64,000 nt of DNA, taken from positions 9,424,001-9,488,000 of the forward strand of contig JAWMAR010000010.1 of assembly GCA_036785375.1 (NCBI GenBank). Reading direction: 5' to 3'. The stretch comes from Leucoraja ocellata (lineage: Eukaryota). The notes below the pieces were generated by a model. That model was not told the DNA's origin. It saw only the letters and a program-made list of their open reading frames with translations, and made no database searches. This document shows, piece by piece, positions 21,137 to 33,400 of the stretch. A program made the translations under genes and the position numbers. The number at the start of each line of letters is the position of its first letter. Within the stretch, counting starts at the first letter, position 1.

Positions 21137-23958
21137 ATTTTATTTTATTTTATTTTATTTATTTTATTTATTCCGAACAAGTAAAGACATTAAAGACATT
21201 AATAGTAACAAAATCGAAATTATCAAACAATTGGACATTACAATCAATATTTACAAGCAATGAAATGAACAAAAAGCAAATTTCCAATGTCCAACTCTGT
21301 GTCTGTACAAGCTCGAAAAGGAGTGAGAAGAAGAATAACTTATTAAATCTCACCCTTTTCCCCAACACGTCTACCATATTTAAAAATCAATTAATTAATA
21401 ATAATAATAATACTACCCCAGGCAATTTCCCATAATACCTAGACATATATATACATACAACTATTATACACATACAAACTTCATATATGAAGTAACCAAA
21501 CATAAGTAAACAATTGTAAAGCAATAGACAAACATTAACCCCCACTTGTCAACCATCCCCTCCATCCCGGTACCCATTGAAAATTATTTTTGTATATATC
21601 ATTTTAAAATGATTCATGTTTGTACATTGCTTTAATTCCTCGTTCAATTTGTTCCACACTCCTACTCCACAAACCGAAATACAAAAGTTTTTTCTAGTCG
21701 TACGGACTCTTTGTTTCTTAAAATTTAATATTCCTCTTAAATTGTAACCCCCCACACGCTCGTTAAATAATTATTGAATGTTTCCAGGTAAATTTTTATT
21801 TTTGGCCCTAGACATTATCTGAGCTGTTTTGAATGTAACCAAATCTTCTAATTTTAATAATTTTGACTAAAAAAATAATGGATTCGTATGACCCAGATAC
21901 TTGGCATTATGTATAATACGAATTGCTCTTTTTTGCATCATGGTTAATGAGTGTATCGAATTTTTATAGTTATTGCCCCAGACTTCTGCACAATAGTTTA
22001 AGTAGGGTAAGATTAATGAACAATAAAGAATACGGAGTAATTTATAATCTAGAGCCTGCTTGGCTTTGTATAATACAGAGATACTTTTTGCCAATTTTAA
22101 TTTTACATGTTTAATATGTGATTTCCAGCTTATTTTATCGTCAATTATAACCCCAAGAAATTTATTTTCATGCACTCATTCAACTTCCACCCCATTTAAC
22201 TTTATACTTACTAGTATATTTAATCTGCAATTACCAAATAACATTATTTTAGTTTTACTCAAGTTTAATGAAATTTTATTCCTATCAAACCATATTTTCA
22301 ATTTACCCATTTCTTTTATTATTTTATCCAATAGCTGTTTTAAATTCTCCCCAGAACAAAAAATATTTGTATCATCTGCAAACAAAACCAGCCTCAAGGA
22401 ATTGGACACATTACAAATATCGTTTATGTACATGATAAATAATTTTGGGCCCAGCACTGACCCCTGTGGTACACCACAAACAATATCCAAGCATGTAGAA
22501 TTATGACTACCCAGATTCACAAACTGTTGCCTGTTACTTAAGTAGCTTTTTATCCAGTCCAGTACTATTCCTCTGATTCCATACCTTTCCAATTTTTTTA
22601 AATAAAATATCGTGATTAATTGTATCAAATGCTTTCTTTATGTCAATAAATATCCCAGCTGCATATAAGTTATTATCAATGGCGTTTGTGATGTCTTCAA
22701 TTGAATCTAATATTGCAAGTGATGTTGATCTGTTTGTTCTGAATCCACATTGACTTTCAGTGATTAATTTATTCTTTTCTACAAATGTATCTAATCTATT
22801 ATTGAACATTTTTTCTAGTATTTTGGAAAATTGTGGGAGTAAGGAAACAGGTCTATAGTTTGTAAAACAATGCTTGTTCCCAGTTTTGTATATCGGTATT
22901 ATTTTTGCTATTTTCATTTGAATTGGAAAAGAACCGGTTTGGAAAGATAAATTACAGATGAATGTTAAAGGTTTGGAGATCCCCTCAATGACTATCTTAA
23001 CTAGCGACATGTCAATGTCGTTGAAATCGGTAGACGTTTTAATTTTACATGTTTTGACAATATCCAGCAGTTCTTTTTCTTCTACTGCCGTAAGAAACAT
23101 AGAGCAGGGATTTCTCTCCACTAAGTTCTCAGGAGTTTCTCCAGATGTCCCTGGATCAGGGATTTGTTTAGCCAGGTCTAATCCAACATTTACAAAATAA
23201 TTATTAAAGCTATTAGCTACATCTTCCATATTGTAATTTTCCTTATCCTTATCAATACAATACTTCGGGTAATTTGTTCTCCCCGGACCATTTCTAATAA
23301 TGCTGTTAAGTATGCTCCATATTCTTTTTATGTTGTTTTTATTATCATCTAATTTCTTCTTATAATAATCATTCTTGCTTTTTCTTGTGATGTAAGTTAA
23401 TTTATTTTTGTACTTTTTACACTTATTTTCTGTATCTTTAGTTCTCTTTCTTATAAAATCTCTGTATAGGGCTTTTTTTTGCAAGCATTTTGTAATCCCT
23501 TTGTAACCCATGGACATTTAGTATATTTTGATTTTCTATTATATTCTTTAATTGGACAATTTTTATCATATAATGACTTAAACATAGCAATAAATGTTTC
23601 ATAAGCACTATCAATGTCTCTTTTTTGCTATATATTATGTCCCAATTTTGTTCCAATAAATCCTTTTTTAGTGCATTGATGGCTTCCTCCGATCTCACGC
23701 GTCTATATTCTGTTACTTTATTTGGTTTGTTGTTCCTGTGGATATTATCATAAACTATAAAAACTGGCAGGTGGTCACTTATATCATTAATTAACAATCC
23801 ACTTACTATTTTATTTTCAACATCATTGTTGAATATATTGTCAATGAGTGCAGCACAATGGGAAGTAATTCTACTCGATCTAGTGATTTTGGGAAATAGG
23901 CTCATACTGTACATTGTATTAATAAAATCTTTTGTAAGGTTGTGATGATTAGGATACA
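21137..23958 (-). mobile_element. 5'-truncated L2/Crack-type LINE with frameshifts
   Basis: ISDHLPVF (EN end), NYRPVSLLPQFSKILEK, GVPQGSVLGP, LFADDTN, LPYLNYCAEVWGN, QKRAIRII; (AAAAT)n-like 3' tail at 21137-21172. Confidence 0.85.
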
Positions 23959-24777
23959 TAGGATAGTCATTAGATACATTACGATAGTCATTAAAACATT
24001 TGTAAGAAAACAAAGAATAAACAGTTAATTTCCACATTGAAAGCATCTAACAAATGTCCAAAGACTAACAGATGAAGGGGTGGAGAGGCCCCATCTCACA
24101 ATGTCTTAAAGGGACACGACCCCATTAAGACACATGAGATACAACTAATATATTTCACATTCAGGAGCAGAATCCTATTCCATCGGGACTATATGACTAA
24201 TTCAACATTTCCCCAGATCAAACTATTAAACAATTTAACAATATTTACACTCTCACCTCCCTTCATACAAATCAAAAAATAACTAGCGAGTTGCCACAAC
24301 ACATGCAACCTGCTGACCCTCACAAACATTCGCATACTTATAACATTCCGTTTGGCCATATGTCCTATCATGCAGGTAATTTGCCCCTGGTCATACTGAC
24401 AACTGTCTGAATCAGAGCTACTGGGACAGCAGCTCATTTCTTTATCTCTATGTTCTATGGTAGGGACAGTCCTTAATCCCCAGTATGCCCATCTTGAGAC
24501 ATCTCATTGTCTACTTGTTCCGTCAATGTCGTCTCCATCCATCGGCGGGGCCGTAGCCGACACAGCGCCAACTTTATCCCGCAAATGTATTTTGTACTCG
24601 TGCTCTGCACACTCTAGTGTTATTTTTAACTTTTATTGCTGGTTCTTTGCCATGCCTGTGAGTATAATTACTCTGTGTTCTTATTTACCCCTTTCTTGTC
24701 CTTGCCACCTGGTTTTGTCCTCAGCGAGGAGTACTCCGGATCGTATAATTTCTCTCCCAATTACCCGATTACTTTTT

Positions 24778-24876
24778 GTTGCAGTCAATTATAGGTCGAA
24801 TACGGGCCCGAGGGACACAGAGTAGAACCTATAATTGACTGCAACCACGTGACCTGGTCTGCCGTGCAACCTCCCT
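24778..24876. mobile_element. Small MITE remnant with a perfect 19-bp internal inverted repeat
   Basis: GTTGCAGTCAATTATAGGT (24778-24796) / ACCTATAATTGACTGCAAC (24827-24845); terminus CTGCCGTGCAACCTCCCT matches the 591-608 TIR with 1 mismatch. Confidence 0.6.
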
Positions 24877-25804
24877 ATTGAACATATTGGCAATCCGATC
24901 TGAACCTACCTGGTCGTTTTTGGTCCAAATCCCAACATTTTCTGTATTCCGTGATTCACTTAGCCTTAAGAGCTAATTCGAACTATCTCTTGAAAACAAC
25001 AACTTGAAGACAACAACCTTTATCTCAATATCAGTAGGACAAGGGAGGCGGCGAGACCGACGTTTGCAGTGGCCTCTGCAGTCCGTCTGTTTTTTTTTTT
25101 ACTTTTGCCCCGTTGAGTGTATAGTTTGTGGTGATATATATATATTGTTTTAACTGTGCATATCTGCGGGGGGGGGGGGGGACATTTTTTAATCACTTCC
25201 CTGTACGGGGGACCTGACGTCTGTCGAATCACCGTTGTCGTTGGGGTCTAGCACCGTGGAGCGGCCTCCAACCGGAACGGCCTGGGGGCTCCAGTCGAGG
25301 AGCCTGCGGACTTACCATCATGGAGCTAGCCCGCTTCGGAGTGTGGAGAGCTGTAGTGGCGCATGGCTGCGACTCGACTCCAGCCGCAGGCCCGTAGACG
25401 GTGACATCGGGAGCTCGCGGGTCCCTAGTGGGAGACCGCTTTTCGGAGCTCCCGCAACGGCAACTTCTCCGGCCTGAATTGCGGGGTTGAAAACTACCAG
25501 GAGCAGGGCCTTACATCCAGGGCCTGTCCTAGGCTGATTGGACCGATTTTTCCAAATTGGGCCCGCGCCCTATGGGGGCTCCGCGTTAATTTTACGTATT
25601 TCATATGGAAATACAAATTCGTTTTGTTAAATAAAGATTAAAAAAAAACATTCGCCGTACGGATTTTTTTTAACTAAACTTGGTTACATGGTGTTAACTA
25701 CTATAGCACTTGTGTAACAGACAGTAGTGTTAATAGCCAGATGTGATAACAGCCAGTAGTTCACAAGTAGTTATCCAATGTGTCATCAATGCATCGATCC
25801 ACAT

Positions 25805-25922
25805 TCCTCAGTAAATGTGTAATTGTGTTTTAGAAGAAGTATTAATGACGATGCGTTCCTTTGAATACAATTCACGCGGCGTCATTAACACTTCTTTAAA
25901 ACATAATTACATTTTACTGAGG
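25805..25922. repeat. Palindromic (fold-back) MITE-like sequence
   Basis: ~45-bp imperfect inverted arms CCTCAGTAAA..TTAATGACG / CGTCATTAA..TTTACTGAGG. Confidence 0.65.
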
Positions 25923-26381
25923 AGCCATATAGAATTGGGTCGATAACTTGCCTCGAGCTAACTGGTGCATTTAGCTTCCAGTCTGTCACTCACTGCCAGA
26001 TACTTGTTCACCTTACTAACTCCTCGTTCCGATTGCAGACCAAGAAACACTGTCAGGTACTTCTTATTGTATATTTATAAACCAAATGCCTTGGTCAATT
26101 TTTAGCTAGCAACGGACAGTATTTTTTAAATTAGATTTCAGGACGTATTCGATTCCTGGATAGTTATTATTCGATCTATAAACAATCAACTTGCTTAGAT
26201 TTGAATATGAAACCTCGTTAACATTAAAATTACTATTGGTGTCAAAAACTTTGAACGGAGGATGATTAATAATGTAAACGGTTAATTGTAAACGGATAAA
26301 GTTGATAAATTTATAAATTGATTAAGTTGTATAATGCGTGTTTTACATAGAAATTACTGGTCATCTGAGGAATACACGGTT

Positions 26382-27421
26382 TAGGTATGTTGCAAAGCCT
26401 ACCTGAAGCGTCGCTGAAAATCTGTCCCAGCCCGTGTGCGCGATTTAGGCGCCGTTTAGAGGGGGCGGATTTAAAACGCGATTTTCCCTAAGCTGTTCAA
26501 ATCGAGGTTTTTCAGCCTAGTTAATTATTAACGAAAAATCGCTGGAAGATTCCATAGCTGGAGCTATTTTTTAGTTTTAAGGGATTTCTTTACTTGCTAT
26601 AGTAGGTTAAAAATTAACCTCCAAACCCCCGACCGCCGACAACGGGTCGGATCTCATACAGGGGACAACAGAAGGTAGGCTGTTTATTTTTACGTTAAAA
26701 AGGGCTTCTTAAGATCCCTTTATACAAAGTTTAATGTTGCGAGTAGCTAATTTGGGCCCCATTATATCCCGCAGTATTTTTCTGGGCACTTGAGGGCACA
26801 AATCCAGCGCAATGTGAACGTTCTAAACCAGCGCATTCACAGGATCCCACGAGAAAGCTGATTTAAATGGACTTTAATTTACAGCAATTGAACACTAAAT
26901 TCCTTCCATTTGGCCTATAAATTAATGTAAATGAGATTTTAAAATCATGTTTTATGGTGAATTATTTGTGAATATTATTTGGACACATGCTATGTAAAAA
27001 TGTTAATCATTTATTAAGAAATGGATAGATGTTTAGATCTAGTAATTGAAGTCTGAAATTAGCTACAATTGGGTAACTAACTAATTATATGCTTTAATTT
27101 AAGGTCATCCAAGTAAGATTATTTTATATTTGTTTCAGGATGCTTCAATCTACGATAACTGAAAGTTTCATTCAGTTCTCTTAATTTTTAAGAAAGTTAT
27201 GGGCTTTTGACTGTCCACAACCACAGTTTTTGTTGTTCTGTCCATAGAAAATCAATAGGGAACAAGATGCTAATTTCCGAGTATGAAAATGGCCATACCT
27301 TTTTAAATACTTGAGATATGAAAGTGAATTAGGTGCCAAATTAAACTTATTTTTATGCTTTAACTGATGGGATAAATTGCAGACTTGATTTTTAAAATCT
27401 TAAAATGTTGTAACATTGCTA
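26382..27421 (+). mobile_element. Non-autonomous DNA transposon, 1040 bp (copy 1 of 3)
   Basis: Ends TAGGTATGTTGCAA..TTGTAACATTGCTA; flanking direct repeat CACGGTT (26375-26381 and 27422-27428). Confidence 0.88.
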
Positions 27422-28299
27422 CACGGTTTAGTAACTGAAGACGATATGGCTGGTGTAATTCAGTGGAAAAAGGCAGCCGCACTGGAGATAAGGAATTGAT
27501 GACGTTTCGGGTCGAGACCCTTCCCCAGACTGGGAATCAGGGGAGATGGAAACTAGAGAGATGGAAGGGTGCAATGAGAATGTAAGGTGTGAAAACGGCA
27601 AATTCAAAGTGCACGTTGATCAAGGGAACGTAGAATGGTTCGCTGTTGGCTGAGGGGGGAGTGACAATGAGACAAACAGTAACATTGATTGGGGGAAAGT
27701 GAAGGTTGTCGGAAAACTAGGGTGGGAGAGGGACGGAGAGAGAGGGAATGCACGGGAAACAAGCTAAATCTGGAATAGAGGGAGGGATGCTGCGTGTAAG
27801 AGAACGCACGAGTTAAACATTGGGAACCGGAGTCGGAGGAATGTGATGTCAGAGGATATAGGGCTGGTGAAGGAGTGAATGATGACGCGGTGGGTTGGCA
27901 AGCAACTTGTGAAAGAAGCGGGAGTTGGGGAAATGAGGAAGGTGGGGTTGAAATTGGAAAACAAATCAACGTCTATACTGTTGGAATTTAGGCAGCAGAC
28001 GTCTCTCGGTCCAAAACGTTGTCAGTTCACAAATGCTGCCACACGCACGGAATACCTCAGCAGTTTGTTTTAACACTTAATATTCCAGCATATTTTGGCT
28101 CCACTTCTGTAGATTGCATGAAGATTGTGAACACGCATTGTTTTTCTCAGGTTAAACCATCGTATCATTTGATTAGATTCTAGCTTCATGCTCACTCTCC
28201 TGTCTTTCCTAAATATTATGTTGGCCGCTCCTGGCCTTCTGAAAAGGTATTTATACTGTGGACATTGTAAATATTTATTTTCCGCGATTGTGGAGTCGT

Positions 28300-28601
28300 C
28301 AAAGTACTGGACAAGCTAGATGTAGGGGAAATGTTCCCAATCATAAGGGAGACCAGAACCAGGGGGCTCAGTCTAATAATAAACAAGAGGCAATTTAAAA
28401 TATAGATAACAAAAATCTATTTCACCCAAAGAGTTGTGAATTTGTGTAATTCTCTGTCATAGAAGGCAGAAGATGTCAATTCATTGGATGAATTTGAAAG
28501 ATTGTTAGATAGAGCTCTAGGGGCTAGCTGAATCAAGGGATATGCCAAGAAGGTAGGCACGGGTTACTGCTTATGGATGATCAGTCATGATCAAAATGAA
28601 T
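28300..28601 (+). mobile_element. Old CR1 3' end, split by a younger CR1; remainder at 30481-30547
   Basis: 3'UTR ..CATGATCAAAATGAAT resumes as ATGAATGGCGGTGCTGG.. after the insert. Confidence 0.8.
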
Positions 28602-30480
28602 CTGGCAGGGAACATTAAAACTGACTGCAAAAGTTTTTATAGATATGTGAAAAGAAAGAGATTAGTTAAAACAAATGTAGGTCCCTTGCAGTCAGAAACA
28701 GGTGATTTGATCATGGGGAACAAGGATATGGCGGACCAATTGAATAACTACTTTGGTTCCGTCTTCACTAAGGAAGACATAAATAATTTGCCGGAAATAG
28801 CAGGGGACCGCGGGTCAAAGGAGTTGGAGGAATTGAGTGAAATCCAGGTTAGCCGGGAAGTGGTGTTGGGTAAATTGAATGGATTAAAGGCCAATAAACT
28901 CCCAGGGCCAGATAGGCTGCATCCCAGAATACTTAAGGAAGTAGCTCCAGAAATAGTGGATGCATTAGTAATAATCTTTCAAAACTCTTTAGATTCTGGA
29001 GTAGTTCCTGAGGATTGGCGGGTAGCAAACGTAACCCCACTTTTTAAGAAGGGAGGGAGAGCGAAAACGGGGAATTACAGACCAGTTAGTCTAACATCGG
29101 TAGTGGGGAAACTGCTTGTCAATTATTAAACATGGGATAGCAGCACATTTGGAAAGTGGTGAAATCATTGGACAAAGTCAGCATGGATTTACGAAAGGTA
29201 AATCATGTCTGACGAATCTTATAGAATTTTTCGAGGATGTAACTAGTAGCGTGGATAGGGGAGAACCAGTGGATGTGGTGTATCTGGACTTCCAGAAGGC
29301 TTTCGACAAGGACCCACATAAGAGATTAGTATACAAACTTAAAGTCCACGGCATTGGGGGTTCAGTATTGATGTGGATAGAGAACTGGCTGGCAAACAGG
29401 AAGCAAAGAGTAGGAGTAAACGGGTCCTTTTCACAATGGCAGGCAGTGGCTAGTGGGGTACCACAAGGCTCAGTGCTGGGACCCCAGCTATTTACAATAT
29501 ATATTAATGATCTGGATGAGGGAATTGAAGGCAATATCTCCAAGTTTGCAGATGACACTAAGCTGGGGGGCAGTGTTAGCTGTGAGGAGGATGCTAGGAG
29601 ACTGCAAGGTGACTTGGATAGGCTGGGTGAGTGGGCAAATGTTTGGCAGATGCAGTATAATTGGGATAAATGTGAGGTTATCAATTTTGGTGGCAAAAAC
29701 AGGAAAGCAGACTATTATCTAAATGGTGGCCGACTAGGAAAAGGGGAGATGCAGCGAGACCTGGGTGTCATGGTACACCAGTCATTGAAAGTAGGCATGC
29801 AGGTGCAGCAGGCAGTGAAGAAAGCGAATGGTATGTTAACTTTCATAGCAAAAGGATTTGAGTATAGGAGCAGGGAGGTTCTACTGCAGTTGTACAGGGT
29901 CTTGGTGAGACCACACCTGGAGTATTGCGTATAGTTTTGGTCTCCAAATCTGATGAAGGACATTATTGCCATAGAGGGAGTGCAGAGAAGGTTCACCAGA
30001 CTGATTCCTGGGATGTCAGGACTGTCTTATGAAGAAAGACTGGATAGAATTGGTTTATACTCTCTAGAATTTAGGAGATTGAGAGGGGATCTTATAGAAA
30101 CTTACAAAATTCTTAAGGGGTTGGACAGGCTAGATGCAGGAAGATTGCTCCCGATGTTGGGGAAGTCCAGGACAAGGGATCACAGCTTAAGGATAAGGGG
30201 GAAATCCGTTAAAACCGAGATGAGAAGAACTTTTTTCACACAGAGAGTGGTGAATCTCTGGAACTCTCTGCCACAGAGGGTAGTCGAGGCCAGTTCATTG
30301 GCTATATTTAAGAAGGAGTTAGATGTGGCCCTTGTGGCTAAGGGGATCAAAGGGTATGGAGAGAAAGCAGGTACGGGATACTGAGTTGGATGATCAGACA
30401 TGATCATATTGAATGGCGGTGCCAGCTCGAAGGGCCGAATGGCCTACTCCTGCACCTAATTTCTATGTTTCTATGTTTCT
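28602..30480 (+). mobile_element. 5'-truncated young CR1 LINE (frameshift and stop)
   Basis: Near-identical to the ORF2 at 11386-14322; (TTTCTATG)n tail; TSD ATGAAT (28596-28601 / 30481-30486). Confidence 0.93.
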
Positions 30481-33400
30481 ATGAATGGCGGTGCTGGCTC
30501 GAAGGGCCGAACGGCCTCTTCCTTCTCCTATTTTCTATGTTTCTATAAGTGTAATCAGTCAAGGATTTAAAGCTGGAGAAGGGGATTTTAAGGGTTACTT
30601 GAGGAGGGTTTAGTTACACAGAAAGTGGTTGAAAACTGACATATGCTGCCATCGGAGACGGTTGGCACAAACGCAAAGCGTACGTAGTGGTCGACATTTT
30701 GAATTTCATTGGTGTGATCTTCAATGATTCTGCAAATTCACCCCAGGTTTTAGATCAATCCCGGGTCGCCACGTTTCTGGATATAAACCTGCAGATCTTT
30801 CGACGGGATCGTACTTGTTACCCATTCATGTAATTCTGTGTTTTTTTTTCTAATTGGATTCATCCTATTGTCCCCCCTCCCTGTTATTGTCTAAACCTAA
30901 ATTTGATTTCAGCCTGCAACACTTTCCTGGGACTCAATTCTCGGTGTAAAACGCTTCATCTCCAGATATGGTTGTAGCTTGTAACTGACATTTGATATAA
31001 ACGCAGACTCCCAAAATCTTGGATAAATATCCATACACTATTTTCGCCTTCTTAAAATCGAACCTCCACCATTTCCACTGGAAGCTCATTCCACACAGCT
31101 ACCACTCTCTGAGTAAAGAAGTTTCCTCACATGTTACCCCTAAACTTCTCTGTACTCTCTCTATTTTGTTGACATCCTTCCTATAGTTAGGCGACCAAAA
31201 TTGTACATTGTGTATCCTCACAACCCTGGTAAGAATGCTCATTGGCACGAGGTAGTGGCAAACAGTTAGCCAGTGGGGCTAAGGTCTCATCATAAAGGAT
31301 GGTGACAGTTTCCACTGGAAATGGCTTCTCACCTTGACATACTACTAACCGTTCACTCCTCCTCCCTTCTGGAGACACTGCAAATAGGCTATTGACTGAT
31401 TTCATAGCAGGGTAACACACAGTTTGTCCTTTACCAAAATAATTCATTATGGGCTCGTCCAAACATGGTAGAGTCTCTTTCTTCCAATGCCCGTTTTTAC
31501 TGTCTCTTTTGCTCATGTCCTTTCTTCCGTAACCAAAGGTATACCTCTAATGCTTCTCAATAGCATAGTCCATCATACAAATGTCCCTTTGCCGAGTTTT
31601 CTTCCAAGGGATTCCGTCTGCAGAAAAAGTCAAACTTGCACCCTCAAAACTAATAGGATAATTCCCACAGGTGTCGGTTATCTAAGTCTACCTGTCGATC
31701 AGGCTGACGCAGTATCCCATTGCAATAGTCAATCTTGGTGACATTTCAGATTCCAAAGGCATCCGGGCCATTGCACTGTACCACATCTCCTTTGCAGAGG
31801 TGAAAGATTCGTCAAATTTTTCCTTCATTTCCCTCCATCTGTTGTAGCATCAGGATGCAGAGCAGGGTGAATCGCCTCATTTTAATCTATCTGGAATAAG
31901 CAAAGGCTAACAAAAACTCATTTCTTACTTAATTAGCTTAAACAACTATTCACTCAATTTAAACGTCCTTCAGTCAGTCAGTCCAGTAATCAGTCGCATA
32001 TTCTTAACCATATGGCAAAATAAGGTTTCAAAAACTAAACTTATTAAGATTCAAAACTAAACTTATAATGATACAACTAAACTTATAATGATACAACTCC
32101 CAAGCAAAGCAGAAATGTAAAAACTAAAAAACTCTTTGAGTTGAAAATAATTGAAAATAAAATTACCCTTTCCCCCCTTTTGATTGGGCTCCCCAATCAA
32201 TTTGCAGTGGTGCAGATGAACCCATGCAGCACGACCCTCGACCTTGGCAGTGGTCGGAGTGGTGAGGATGACCTGGAAGGGACCATCCCAATGTGGGTCC
32301 AAGTGTTTACGCATCCAGTTCCTGATCAGCACATAGCAACCTGGCTCAGTATTAGATGGAACTTTGAGTGCTGGCACCACACCATATGCAACCCTGACCT
32401 GTAAATAAGTAGTTCGCAAAGCACAGGTTAAAGTTAATACATAGGATTCCTGCAGGCATTATTCTTGCTGTACCAGATGGAGTGGTCTGTATTCTTATTC
32501 TGCCCATCTTCTATAGTTCTCCATACTATCCAATACACTGTCTGTTTCTGAACATTTCAGCAAACAATCCAATCAATCCACTTTGAAATCTCACCTGGAT
32601 TGTCACATAATACTGTTTGCATCTTAAAAACAGGTAAAATACAACGGATTAAAATAAACCCAACAAACTTTCAATTTTTCTGTCAAACAGGTGATCAAAG
32701 ATGTTATATTCCAGTGATTTAGCAAAATATCACGTTAACTCATGATTAACCCATTATCAGTCAGTTGCCTTCTTCCCTGGCTCCATTGATTTATTACCCT
32801 TCTCCAACCAGAATGGTTATCTAAACAAACCATTAAAGCTGGTTGTGTTTCAGCAATCAACTTATTTCCCCTTTTAAATTGAGAGGTTAAATTCACAGCC
32901 GAGGGTAGCTGTAAAAAAACTTCACCCTCCTGCTTACAGTTTTTTTTTTAAAGGGACACACACCTACACTTATAACATGTGATTTACAACAAATAAAAGA
33001 CAACTTCAGCATTCATTCAAAAACATAATGCTACCACACATTTACACTCATTATTCATTTACTAAAAACAAAAATAATTACAAAAACATACTTGTAACAC
33101 TGACATCTTTCCAACTCAATGTAGTCCATTTGAAAGGTCTCAAAGGGACCTGCTGGTAAAGGAGTCTTAACTGGTTCACAGAGCCTTTACCTGGATTATG
33201 CTGCTAGCAAATCAGACATCGCTGGCTGATACGCTGGGACAAGTCAGAAGTTTCAGATGCCACCAGGTCTCGAAAGGCATATCACTTACAGCCTTGGTCC
33301 CACAATGAGTTGCAAAGTGTACAAATTCAATAACCCACAACGCAAGCTCGTCAGACCTGCAAATCTGTCCGGCAGGCGTAACCCATAAGCTAGTGACAGG

